Source of the DNA: a virus
Taxonomy: Duplodnaviria; Caudoviricetes
Length of the DNA stretch: 64,000 nucleotides
Virus record (IMG/VR): IMGVR_UViG_3300047160_002318
Location: 4,463 to 68,462 of that record
Reading direction: 5' to 3' (one strand)
Below the pieces are notes generated by a model that was not told the DNA's origin, made no database searches, and saw only the letters and a program-made list of their open reading frames with translations. Of the stretch, positions 16,501-26,000 are shown in pieces. How positions within the stretch are numbered: the first letter of the stretch is position 1; each line of letters begins with the position of its first letter. A program made the translations under genes and the position numbers.

Positions 16501-19500
16501 CAATGTTGCCGGCAGTAATAGTGGAAGCCGCGATGAGATTACCGGCGATGGTCCCGGCCTGGATGACGTTGCTGGCGTTCTGGACCACGGGTACCCAGGA
16601 GGACCCGTTGTACTGGTTAATCTGATAGCCGCTGGCGCTGTTCAGCCAGATGTCTCCGGCGACCGGGGAAGACGGCGCGCTGCTGGCGATGGTGGTCGTG
16701 ATCCCGCCGAGCGCCCGTGCGGTGACGGTGGCGTTGAGCAGCGCCGGCGTAATGCTGTTGGCGCTCAGCACGTTCGCGGCGTTCCAGCTGATGGGTGACC
16801 AGGCCGCGCCGGTCCACTGGTTCACCTGGTTGCCGCTGGCACTGTTAATCCACAAGTCCCCGGTGGTCGGGGAGCCCGGAGCGCTGGCGGCGATGGTCGT
16901 GGTGATCCCGCCCAGGGACCGGGCGGTGACCGTGCCGGCCAGCTGCGCCCCGCCGATGGCCCCGCTGGCTATGGCTGCGGTGCCGTACTGGTAGGCGGTC
17001 CAGGCCGCGCCGGTCCACCGCTTCAGCTCGTACCCGTTGCTGCCGTCGAACCACAGGTCGTTGGTGTTCGGGCTGGCCGGCGCGGTGTTGGACACGGTGA
17101 CCGCTGGCCCGCCGCCGATGGCACTGGCAGTGAAGGCCACCTGCCCGGCCGTGATTCCTGCCGTGGAGGACAGCTGGCTGCCGAGGATGTTCGCGGTGGG
17201 AGACAGCTGGCTTCCGGTCAACGTGCCCGTCGTGATGACGTTGCCGTTCAGGGACCCGGGCGTGATCGACCCGCCGACTGACGTGGGCGTGGCCGTGGCC
17301 TGCGCGGAGGCGGGTCCGGCCACGCTGGCGAGGTTGAGCGCGACCAGCTTGACGTAGTACGCGGTCCCGGCCGCCAGGTTCCCGACGCCGAACAGGCCGC
17401 CCGCGATCATGGTTCCCTGGAGCGTGGCCGGGGAGGGGGTGAACCCGGTCGTGGTGGAGCCGTGCACCTGGACCAGCTTGAAGTCACTCAGCGGGCCTGC
17501 CCCGCCCAGCAGCCCGTCCCACCCGACGATGACGCCGAGCGCCCCGGCTATGCAGGTGGGAGTGGACGGGGCTGCGGGCGCGGGGGCGTTCACGGTCTTG
17601 ACGGTGACCGTGCCGTCCGACTGCGCGCCGATCACGACCCGCTGAGTCCCGGTGGAGTCGGTGATGACGTGCCCGTTCGGCGTGGTCACGGTGCTGGCGA
17701 CTGGCGCTGGCGTGCCGGTGTCAGCAGGCGCGACGGTAGGCGCGGCCACGGTGGTGCTGCCGCCGCTGATGGTGGTGGTCCCGTTGGGCGTGGACACGCT
17801 CATGACCGTGGTCCCGCCCGTGTCCGGGTTCTGCGTGCCTGCGGGCACCCACTTGCCGGTGACCGGGTCGTAGACCAGCGGGGCCTGGCCCTGCGCCCCG
17901 GCGCTGAGCACGTCCCCCAGCCCGGCCAGGGTGGGGGCGAACACGGTGGGGGTGACGCGGCTGGTGACGCCTCCTGCTACCTGCGTGGTCCCGTTGACGG
18001 ACAGCAGGTTCCCGCCCATCTTCTGCTGGATGTAGGTGAACTGCTCCTGGAGCCAGGCGATGTAGCTCACGAGAGTCAGCTCGTGCGTCTCGATGCCGGT
18101 CGAATCCACCGATACCGCGATGGCGATGACCCGCACCGCATCCACCGCGCTGTAATCCGGTCTCTCTAGCCCGACCCAGTCGCCCACCTGGAAGTCGCGG
18201 AAGACGGTCTTGCCTGCGACGTTGGGGATGATTTGCATGGTCCAGGCCAGCTGCTCGCCGGCGGTCTGCTGCACGCTGGCGGACGCGACGATGGCGATGT
18301 CCTGCTCGGTGACCTGCACGCCGGCGCTCAGCCATGCCTCGCGCTGCGCCCAGTTGGCGATGGAGGTGGAGTCCGAGGTGGTGACCGTGCGGCCATCCGC
18401 ATTCTGCACGCCGATGAGGTTGGCGATGGTGGCACGGGTCCGGGTCCTGGTCTTGGCTGACTCGTCGCGGGCCTCGCGGAAGATGATCTGCTGGCTGCGG
18501 TCGGCCCCCAGGGTGATCTTCCCCGACACGGGCACGCCCAGCTTGAGCACGAACCCCGGTTCCATGATGAAGTCCGCGTTGACCATGGACGCATGGCCCT
18601 GGAGCAGGGAGAACAGGTCCGTGCCGGGTGCAATCTGCACGCTCTGGGTGTCGGTCCAGGGGTTGCCGAAGCTGTCGTGCGCGGTCGTCATCTTCGTGGT
18701 GATGAACGGGACGGTGCCCCTGGCCTGGGACTGCTGGAGGTTCTGGAGGAACACGCTCATGATGGGCTGGCTCAGGTAGATGGTGCCGCCCAGCGAGCTG
18801 TTGGTGACGTTGGAGTTGAGGCTGGTGAGGGTGGCGTACTGGGTGTTGTCCACGCTGTACTGCGCGGCGAAGAAGAAGGCGACATGGGTGGCATTCCAGC
18901 TGTGCTTGACGCTGTACTGCTGCGCCCAGTTCTGCCCGTCCGGGCTGGTCCAGAACTGGAAGGTGCCGGCATGCTCGCTGATCATCCAGTAGTCGTAGTT
19001 GTACTGGCCGCTGGTGCCCGAGGCGGCGTTGAACTGCGCGGCGGAGGCGATGACCTGGGTGGTGCTGGTGGTCCCGCTGCCGAACCGGCAGTAGAAACTG
19101 GTCCCGCTCACCCCCATCAGCGCGTAGTTGCCGCTGTTGTTCATGTCCTGGATGTAGAACTGCGTGAGCTGGCTGCCGTTGAGGCTCTGGCCTGCGGCGT
19201 TGGGGGACACCATGGGCCTGATGTTGGCTGAGATGAGGGTCTCGGTGCCGTCGTAGACGGACGTGCCCAGGTACGTCGTCGACGGGCTGCCCATCACCTG
19301 GATGGTGCCGCTCGGGTTGAGGCTGATCCGGTTGAGCGGCTGCGCCTGGTTCCACAGGTTGGTATCCACCACCAGGTTGCCGTTGACGTCGGTCTCGGAG
19401 AACCCGTCCGCCAGGGCGTCCAGCTTGTAGATGATGTTGGGGAACCCGGACGGCATGGACATGGCCCACCCGAGGGCGGCCATGCTGCCCGGCCCGGTGA

Positions 19501-19915
19501 CGGTGACGATGCGCTGCTCGCTGGCGTCCAGCAGCTGCTCGGTGATGGTCTCCCCGAGGAACTCGAACCGGAGCACGCCGTCCTGCCAGCACTGCCACAG
19601 GTGCTCGTAGTCCAGGATGTTGTGCGCGGCCAGCCCTCCGGGCAGGGTGGTGGACCAGAAGGCGTCGTCCATGGACAGCGTGACCGTACCGCTGCCCTTG
19701 TCGTTGAGCTGCTTGACGAACTGGATGCCGGTCAGGATCTGGGTGCTGAACTGGGCCAGCTGCCGGTAGTAATCCGGTGCGCCGAGGACCTTGACTTCCC
19801 ACCCTGATCCCAGGCCGGGAGGCGCTGCCCCGCCAGGCCCGCCGGCCGAGCCGGGGTCGCCTGCCGGGATGATTCCGTTCGGCAGGGCCTGCGCGAGCTT
19901 GGTGGCCAGGGGCAC
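13577..19915 (-). CDS. tail hub/fibre protein (host-range protein)
   Basis: N-terminal siphovirus hub-like region, FN3-like module, three DLW..W.G..W repeats, 10-aa ITAxQI repeats, carbohydrate-binding-like C-terminal modules. Confidence 0.85.
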   Translation of the reverse strand: MPLATKLAQALPNGIIPAGDPGSAGGPGGAAPPGLGSGWEVKVLGAPDYYRQLAQFSTQILTGIQFVKQLNDKGSGTVTLSMDDAFWSTTLPGGLAAHNILDYEHLWQCWQDGVLRFEFLGETITEQLLDASEQRIVTVTGPGSMAALGWAMSMPSGFPNIIYKLDALADGFSETDVNGNLVVDTNLWNQAQPLNRISLNPSGTIQVMGSPSTTYLGTSVYDGTETLISANIRPMVSPNAAGQSLNGSQLTQFYIQDMNNSGNYALMGVSGTSFYCRFGSGTTSTTQVIASAAQFNAASGTSGQYNYDYWMISEHAGTFQFWTSPDGQNWAQQYSVKHSWNATHVAFFFAAQYSVDNTQYATLTSLNSNVTNSSLGGTIYLSQPIMSVFLQNLQQSQARGTVPFITTKMTTAHDSFGNPWTDTQSVQIAPGTDLFSLLQGHASMVNADFIMEPGFVLKLGVPVSGKITLGADRSQQIIFREARDESAKTRTRTRATIANLIGVQNADGRTVTTSDSTSIANWAQREAWLSAGVQVTEQDIAIVASASVQQTAGEQLAWTMQIIPNVAGKTVFRDFQVGDWVGLERPDYSAVDAVRVIAIAVSVDSTGIETHELTLVSYIAWLQEQFTYIQQKMGGNLLSVNGTTQVAGGVTSRVTPTVFAPTLAGLGDVLSAGAQGQAPLVYDPVTGKWVPAGTQNPDTGGTTVMSVSTPNGTTTISGGSTTVAAPTVAPADTGTPAPVASTVTTPNGHVITDSTGTQRVVIGAQSDGTVTVKTVNAPAPAAPSTPTCIAGALGVIVGWDGLLGGAGPLSDFKLVQVHGSTTTGFTPSPATLQGTMIAGGLFGVGNLAAGTAYYVKLVALNLASVAGPASAQATATPTSVGGSITPGSLNGNVITTGTLTGSQLSPTANILGSQLSSTAGITAGQVAFTASAIGGGPAVTVSNTAPASPNTNDLWFDGSNGYELKRWTGAAWTAYQYGTAAIASGAIGGAQLAGTVTARSLGGITTTIAASAPGSPTTGDLWINSASGNQVNQWTGAAWSPISWNAANVLSANSITPALLNATVTARALGGITTTIASSAPSSPVAGDIWLNSASGYQINQYNGSSWVPVVQNASNVIQAGTIAGNLIAASTITAGNIAAGTITAAQIQTGSITSAQIAANTITAGDIAAGTITGAQIQANSIGTSQLAANSVTAAIIAANTITAAQIATGSITSAQIAASTITANQIATGTLTAGLFQAGIVIAGIINGTVVTGSTLQNSSVNPRTSINPDGSVSITNAAGVVVFSLGPDGTMNWYTQTGQLQMQLQPGGTTLIYAGATGPQSWVFEPPSATVILGTVNSATSAASYAITCGSAVPIGSNVMVWAACSGATSATTVVDSQGNTYTRDANVTTNQQLQSFYCASTTAALSTTDTITTTYAATNTQQKVIMAVTTPGLGARDAGNTANGSGTAVSCAVAPTLAQDTLFAVICDAAAGGAPSAMADGWQQLGTIGTGPYLTLWVSSTASAASVTASATIVSAAWAASLVGWKWPGVTVANGTWLAQNSSGVVNSTIAETTAWSTSGSWGLKVTSTGGATWGTMSPLFPVAPYMPASMQVAVYNPTALSAVNIGFNWYTSGGTYISSSAGDQGNVALTAGSVSTFTITGATAPSNATQARFFVQESATDAAGTNFSIDTVQVAGGLVYSLSPTSGTDALGNPYQQGLTFTGLAGLTNILAVQNAWGQVLAQIDGQGNVSGQSLSSATDVWLSGQSVSQWINSLPQGVLVRGWTPTTTPWPSTAIGTTETAILEVDQLLSAGRSYKLTVVPAKVIPTSATQYVSLIKGTTDGTTPTTSSTQLVGSRVQYMSAASQNYMTPVMEYIFPNLTSDTNYRILLTAYVQAGTFQYQSQMEMRIEDLGIWDAQSTSNNGAAIGTGTTGAAAHTNYTKTYVATATHCYYGATAANGHTKYGKRNDNSNIWQSCEYSPQDRAFYEGDQYSFIQFNYSQMRTDLAGATINSVKLQVNCNYSWYSTGMTVILGSSNYTGTFGDPFQPGGGSVSNQTSFHINNGQTLAQDITSVTPIVSSLASTFTAFMIGPASSKDSYTDQNNYGHLSGLDAANALWPRLIINYTK
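16200..16560 (-). repeat. coding 30-nt/10-aa tandem repeats (ITAAQIAAGT-like)
   Basis: about a dozen degenerate units in the tail protein; boundaries approximate. Confidence 0.8.
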
Positions 19916-20124
19916 TAGTAACGGCCCTCCAGCACCTTGTTGTGCGCCTCGCAGACCTCGTCGGCCAGCTTGGGCGTGGCCATGACCCCGATGAGATCGT
20001 CGGTCTCCGCTTGGTGGCGCTTATCCTGCTGCGCGAAGACGGCGCGGCCGACCCGACGCCAGGGCCGCAGGATGTCGTCGTCTTCCGGCTCGTAGGCCAG
20101 TCCCTCGGTCATGAGTCCCTCCAT
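19915..20124 (-). CDS. hypothetical protein
   Basis: 69-aa ORF coupled to tail fibre start. Confidence 0.65.
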   Translation of the reverse strand: MEGLMTEGLAYEPEDDDILRPWRRVGRAVFAQQDKRHQAETDDLIGVMATPKLADEVCEAHNKVLEGRY

Positions 20125-20306
20125 TACCGTCCCTTGGAGTGCGTGCGCTTGCGCCCGGTGTCCGGGGGCATGGCAGTGGGTGCCGGCGTGTCCGGGTAGG
20201 CCGACTCCTGGTTGATGACATCCCCCATGCGGCCCTGAGCGCGCCGCTGCGGGCCTTTCAGCTCGACCTGGGCATGCGGGTTAGACCCGTTGCTGCTCTC
20301 GCTCAT
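20124..20306 (-). CDS. hypothetical protein
   Basis: MSESSNGSNPH...; ATGA overlap. Confidence 0.5.
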   Translation of the reverse strand: MSESSNGSNPHAQVELKGPQRRAQGRMGDVINQESAYPDTPAPTAMPPDTGRKRTHSKGR

Positions 20307-20464
20307 GCGCCCTCCAGCAGCGTGAGGATGTCGCGGATGTCCTGGCTGGCCTTGGCGCTGAGGGTCAGCCGGCGCAGGGCCTCGGCCCGCCGCCACTCGG
20401 CCATCTCCCGCTGAGCGCGCAGCTCGTTGGCCCGTTCCGCCAGGTCGATGTGCACTTCAGTCAT
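20303..20464 (-). CDS. 53-aa coiled-coil protein
   Basis: MTEVHIDLAERANELRAQREMAEWRRAEALRRL... Confidence 0.55.
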   Translation of the reverse strand: MTEVHIDLAERANELRAQREMAEWRRAEALRRLTLSAKASQDIRDILTLLEGA

Positions 20465-20467
20465 GAC

Positions 20468-21373
20468 TCACCCGAATCCGTAGAGCCCGAAGAAGGTACC
20501 CAGCACGAAGTTGCCGTTGGGCGCGGTCAGCGCAAGCGTGGTGATGGCCGCCTGCGTGCCGGGGTTGTAGAAGCCGAACCGGAGCCGGCCATCCGTCATG
20601 TTGTTGCCGCCGTTGGCACCGGAGATGCCGTAGAAGCTCTTGTTGAAGGCGGCTGCGGAGTAGTTGGGGATGATGGCGAACCCGCCGCCTACGTTGACCG
20701 CCGTGCCGCTCAGGCTGGCGCTCATGCGGGCCAGCGGCCAGTTGGCGGCGTTGCCGGTGAAGTCCCCGACCGCCGACAGCGCGCCCGTGGTCGAGCCGCT
20801 GATGTTGGTGGCGCTGAAAGTCAGGTAGTTGTAGTTGTTCGCCGTATCCCCGTTGATGGTGCAGGTCACGTCGTCTGACTGCACCGTGTTCTCGGTCAGC
20901 CTCCCGCTCACGATGATGAGCAGGTTCTTGTACGTCTGCGGGATGGATGACCAGGTGAGCAGGTTGGACGTGCTGTTGGGCATGGTGGTCTCGTTCAGCG
21001 TGGCGAACGCCGACGCCTGCCAGGCGGTGGCCGGCAGCCCGTGCGGCAGCTGCGCCTGCTGCGCGGCCTCGTGGATGCGGCTCAGGCTCAGGTCCCCGGC
21101 AGTCAGCTCGTGCACCAGCGTCGTGCTGATGGGCCAGGCCGACGCTGCGGTGCCGTCCTGGCCACGGGTGATGGTCCACGGCGTGCCCGCCGTGCCCGCG
21201 CCTGCGGTGACGTGCACCACCTCGGTGCCGCCGAGCACCACCCGGAACGGGAACGTGCCGGGGAACCCGGACGGCGCGCTGGTGCAGTACATGGACGTGG
21301 CTGAGTTGGAGATGGCCGCGCCCAGCGTGTTGTTGACGCTGTTGTTGCTGTAGTTGAACGCAGGAGTGCTCAT
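20468..21373 (-). CDS. minor tail protein
   Basis: SAPSGFPGTFPFRVVLGGTEVVHVTAGAGT...WTITRGQDGTAA motif; position. Confidence 0.75.
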   Translation of the reverse strand: MSTPAFNYSNNSVNNTLGAAISNSATSMYCTSAPSGFPGTFPFRVVLGGTEVVHVTAGAGTAGTPWTITRGQDGTAASAWPISTTLVHELTAGDLSLSRIHEAAQQAQLPHGLPATAWQASAFATLNETTMPNSTSNLLTWSSIPQTYKNLLIIVSGRLTENTVQSDDVTCTINGDTANNYNYLTFSATNISGSTTGALSAVGDFTGNAANWPLARMSASLSGTAVNVGGGFAIIPNYSAAAFNKSFYGISGANGGNNMTDGRLRFGFYNPGTQAAITTLALTAPNGNFVLGTFFGLYGFG

Positions 21374-22230
21374 AGATATGCGTCATTCCAGCGGAAGGTG
21401 GCCGTGCCAGCGGACACGGTAATGACATTAGCGCCCGGCAACAGGACCATCCACATGCGTGAGCCTGTATGAGTCAAGCCAGCTACTTGATTCACTCCCG
21501 CGTTATCCGTCGCCATGTAGTTGAGGATGTCGATGGTGACCGGGTAGGTCGCGCCCGGTGCGTTGAAGGTGAAGGCCGTGCCGGCCGTGCCGTTGGTGAC
21601 GGTGGCGGCTGCGCTCAGGGTGACGGTGAACCCGGCCACCGTGCTGGGCTGGCCCTCCCCGACGATGCCCTCCCCCAGCGCTGTGCAGGTGGTGGACGCC
21701 CCGGTGCACGCCTGGGTCTGCTGCGCGCCGTAGAAGTAGGGGTCGGCCAGCAGCAGGTCCACGCTGAACCCGGCGTGCGTGCGGCCCTGCATGGTCAGGT
21801 CCATGCTGCCTGCCACCTCGGCCATGGCGGTGGACGTGACCAGCTTGTTCGTGCCCTGCGTCAGGTACCAGTTGCGCTGGAGCTGGCCCTGGAGCGAGCC
21901 GCCCGCGCCCTGCCGGGTCCAGAACAGCTGGCGGATTTGCTGGAGGTTGTTGTTGAAGGCGAGCCGCTGATCTGCTGCCGGGTACCCGGCCGCGCTGCCC
22001 AGCCCGTCGATCCACATGGCCAGGGTGACGGTGCGCTGGTCCGGGTACTTGGGACGCCACACCTGCCCGGCCCGGTAGGGCACCTCGTAGTTCTGGCCGC
22101 GCAGCACCGGCAGGCTGAACCGGGTCCCGCCGTACGTACTAATATTCCAAAATGTTGATTGAAGTGCAGTACCATTGAAGTACCACAACTCTTGAGGCGA
22201 ATAGGCTGCGACGGGCGGTGCTGCTGGCAT
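21370..22230 (-). CDS. distal tail (Dit-like) minor tail protein
   Basis: immediately after tape measure region; RTVTLAMWI, FSVDLLLADPYFYG, LLPGANVI motifs. Confidence 0.8.
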   Translation of the reverse strand: MPAAPPVAAYSPQELWYFNGTALQSTFWNISTYGGTRFSLPVLRGQNYEVPYRAGQVWRPKYPDQRTVTLAMWIDGLGSAAGYPAADQRLAFNNNLQQIRQLFWTRQGAGGSLQGQLQRNWYLTQGTNKLVTSTAMAEVAGSMDLTMQGRTHAGFSVDLLLADPYFYGAQQTQACTGASTTCTALGEGIVGEGQPSTVAGFTVTLSAAATVTNGTAGTAFTFNAPGATYPVTIDILNYMATDNAGVNQVAGLTHTGSRMWMVLLPGANVITVSAGTATFRWNDAYL

Positions 22231-22970
22231 TAAGCCATCCCCCTCCCTGCCAGGTTGAGGTAGGAGCTAAGAGACTCCCGAAATTCTTCGACTCTCCCGA
22301 CCAGGGTGTTGCAACCGAAGCAGAGCAAGCCGCGCACGCACTTACCGCACGATGTGCTCAAGGCTGGGCAACACGAATGGTCATGGTCTACATGCAATCG
22401 CCGCTGAGCTGGCAGCTTCCGGCAGATGGCGCAACGTCCGTCCTGCTGGGCCAGCAGCTCCAGGTACCGCTCCGGGGTGATGTGATAGCGCGTCCAGAGG
22501 TACTGCCGCCAGCGCCAGTCCGGGTCGCTCCGATCCCAGACGATGCGGGCAGCGTCAACGTCCTTCTTCTTACAACCGCACGACTGGACCGTGCCCCGGA
22601 TCAGGTTCCCGAGGAGCACGGTCAACTCAGTTCCACAAGTGCACCGCACCACTACAAGGCGATCCCTACTCGCCCTACCCGCCTCATCAATTACGGTAAG
22701 GCGACCAAACACCTGACCCTGCTGAAGATGATGCTTGCGCTTCTCAAGCTTCGGCCCAGCCCGGTTCTCCGCATTCAAGCAGCCACAGGACACCGTGGCC
22801 CCGCGCAGCAGCGAACCGAGCACGACGTCCTTGACGGTCCCGCAATCGCACCGCACACGCGCGCCACGCGGGCGCTGGTTGCCAGACTGAACGTGGATGT
22901 CCGGGCCGACCACGACGAGGCGGCCGAACCGCTGGCCTGACACGACCGAACGAGTCTGCTTTGCACTCAT
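22230..22970 (-). CDS. recombination endonuclease VII-like homing endonuclease (leaderless)
   Basis: two GRLxV...CDCG...SCGC modules; QDGRCAIC...LHVDHDHSC...RGLLCFGCN; promoter TTGTCA-N17-TACGGT at 22978-23006, ATG 7 nt later. Confidence 0.88.
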   Translation of the reverse strand: MSAKQTRSVVSGQRFGRLVVVGPDIHVQSGNQRPRGARVRCDCGTVKDVVLGSLLRGATVSCGCLNAENRAGPKLEKRKHHLQQGQVFGRLTVIDEAGRASRDRLVVVRCTCGTELTVLLGNLIRGTVQSCGCKKKDVDAARIVWDRSDPDWRWRQYLWTRYHITPERYLELLAQQDGRCAICRKLPAQRRLHVDHDHSCCPALSTSCGKCVRGLLCFGCNTLVGRVEEFRESLSSYLNLAGRGMA

Positions 22971-23020
22971 ACAGGCGACCGTAGAACACCTTAGCGCCAT
23001 TGACAACCCCAACATAACAC

Positions 23021-26000
23021 TCACGCAAGCCCCCTACCTGCAAGGAAAGCTAGACGATTAGACGCCCTGGCGATGCTTTGCGACGGTGCTTCAGACACGG
23101 GGTTGTTGATGTTCATGGTCTCCACGTTGAGCCCGATGCCACGCCCTGCCGCGCCTGCTGGCGACAGGGCACGCGGGTACTCGGTGCCACCGGGGCTGCC
23201 GCTGAAGCTGAAACTCAGTGCGGACGGCGGCATGAACGGGACGGGTCCGCCCAAGGCGAATTGCTCCGCGAAGTTGACGACCTGCCCGGCTGCTACCCCG
23301 TGGCCGGGGCCGACCGGGCCGCCTGCCGCGAACCCGTACCCCGCGTCGCCGGGGCTGCCGATGACCGGCTGGGTCGGCCCGCCGATGGTGGCGATGGCCT
23401 CCAGCCCCGGGAACGGCGGCGGTGCCGGCTGCGCGCCGGGGGTGCCCGGCCCGAGGATGCCGCCCGCCTGCCCTGCGCCGGCGTACAGCTCCTTCCAGGC
23501 AGAGGACGCGATCCCGGCGACCTTCTTGAGGTTGAGCAGCTTGTTCCGCAGGTCCTGCCACAGGCTGTGCTCTGTCTTCCAGCCCCAGTACCCCATGGGC
23601 TTGATGTGGCCGGGCGTGGCGTGGCCGACCTTGAATCCCTTGGGCCACTTGCCCTTGGTCTCCAGGTGCCAGGTCGATGAGGGCGGGTCCATGCCACCGG
23701 GCACCCCCGGCCCGCCCTGCCAGCTGACCAGGGTGTTCAGGTCGGTGGCCCAGCTGGACCACCAGGAGGCGGGGATGGCGTCCGGCCGACCGAAATACTC
23801 CTGGAGGCGCATGTAGTCCCCGGCCGGGCGGTCGCCCATGCCGATGGCCTTGACCTGCTGCTGGGACTGGATGATCTCGTCGGCGTACCAGCTGGCCCAG
23901 TCCGCCGGCTTGACGGTCTTGGGCAGCTTGGTGCCGTACAGCTTCCAGAACGCGGCAATCTCGGCGTTCACTGCCTGCGGCAGCAGGGTCTGGGAGTACA
24001 GCTGCCAGGCGTCCTCCGCGTCGTAGCCACCGGGCGGGTACGGACCCTGCCCTGGCTGCGGCTTCCACGGCGGCGGGGCCGGCTTGGGTCCGCCCTTGGG
24101 TCCGGGGGTGACGGGCGGGGTGGGCTTGATGCCGAGCGCCAGCAGCACTTCCTTCCACGCCTTGTCCACTGCCCCCTGCCCGTGAATCTTGGGCAGGCTG
24201 CGGGACTCGGCCCAGTCAGCGGTGCTGGTCGCGGCCTTCTCCGGGGTGGCCGCCCACTCGCGCGGGCCGACCACGCGGATGCCGTTCTGGTAGCGCGGCA
24301 TCATGAGCTGGACGGCCTTGGCGATGTTGTGCCAGGTAGAGGCGGGGTGCGCCTTGGATGCCCGCTGCGCGAACGCCCCGTACTCCCCGGCCTTGCTGTT
24401 GGAGTAGTTGCTGTTCCACCCGCTGTCCAGGTAGGTCCCCAGCGCCATGGCCTCGCGGATTTGCTGGTTCCTGGTCTGCTTCTTGATTTCCTCGATGACC
24501 ACGCCGCCCAGGGCGTAGGACCCCTGGCCTCCGGGGTGCTGGAAATACTGCGCCCACGCCGCGTTCGGGTCGCCGTACCTCTGCTTGATGTACTTCATCA
24601 TGTACTGGAGCTGGAGGTACGGGTCGGATGTCTTGGTGCCGCCGACCGTGGCCCAGGTGGAATCCAGGAACTGCCCGATGCCGTAGGCAGTCGAGTGCGG
24701 GTTCTGCGCATGCGGGTCGTACCCCGCCTCGTGCATCTCCAGGTTGTTGTACGCGGGCCACTGGTTCGACCAGCCGTAGGCAGCCAGCAGCTTCTTGGCG
24801 TAAGCCACGATGGGTCCTGCCGCCGCCGGCAGGTTCCCGGGCGTGCCGGCCTGGGACTGGGCCTGGGCCTGCGCGTTCTTGTCCTGCGTGGAGAAGAACG
24901 AGTCGATGGCGCTCTTCATCTCAGCCGCGCCGAGCTGGAGGACCTCACCGGGCAGGCTGTCGCTGGGCACCAGGCCGACGATGGGCTTGACGGTATGATC
25001 CCAGATGGCGTCGATGACGGCCCTGGCACCCTGCTTGGCCAGCTTCAGCAGCTCGCCCGCCCCTCCGGTGATGAACCTGCCCACCGGGGCCAGCTTGCTG
25101 GACACGGCATTTCCTGCCGCGTTGAGCAGTCCCTCGGCGTTCTGCCACAGCGAGACCAGGAACCCCTTGAGCTTGGACAGCAGGCCGGGGCCGCCAGGGC
25201 TGCCCTTGGTGAAGATGCCGGCCGGGCCGCCGAGCGAGTGGATGAGGTTGGACGCAGCCACGCCCCAGGCGGTGGACCACGCGCCGGGGTCACCGGACGT
25301 GGGAATCTGGTGGTCCCTCGCGGCTGCGGTCTGCCCGCCCTGCCCGGTGGCCCACCCGAACTCGGTGAAGGGGTAGCTGCCGCGTGCGTGGCCGATCTTC
25401 TGGCCTGCGCTGACGCCCTGGCCCACGGACACGGACGGGGCGATGTTCTCCGCTGCGTACCAGTACCCGGTGCCGTAGGGCGGGTTGAGCTGGATGTCGA
25501 TGAACGTGCCGCCCGGCCACCCGGAGTTGTAGACGTTCCTGATGTTGCCCGAGCCGAGCGCATAGACGTCGAAAGCACCCGTGTAGTCCACGCCCATGTC
25601 AATGCGGGCCGGGCCTGCACCGGGTCCGATGGGGTTGACCAGACCGCCCACTGCATACCCGTTGCCCCACAGCTGCGGTCCCTGGCTGGCAGGGGTGCCG
25701 CGCGACCCGGACCCGAGCCAGAAATCTGCCTGGTTGAGCCGGTTGAGGAAAGCCGGGCCGAAGGTCTGGTCGATGGCGCTGCGGGCGGGCTGACGCAGCA
25801 TGTACTCCCCGCCCATGGCCATGATGGGGAAGTGGTCGATGGCACTGGGACCGGGGATGCTGCCGCCCCCCGCCATCAGGCCCTTAGTCTGGCTCGTGCC
25901 CGTGGGGCTGGCGCTGTACCCGCCGAAGGGACCGCCGGCAGCCATCCCGATAGGTCCGCCTGCCGCGACATGGCCGACCGTGTTGACGTGCAGCCCGCCC

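Noticed and set aside
16200-17100. Regularly spaced repeats suggesting a CRISPR array or DGR template
   Set aside because: In-frame degenerate coding repeats of the tail protein; no constant repeat with unique spacers, and no cas or reverse transcriptase gene in the window.
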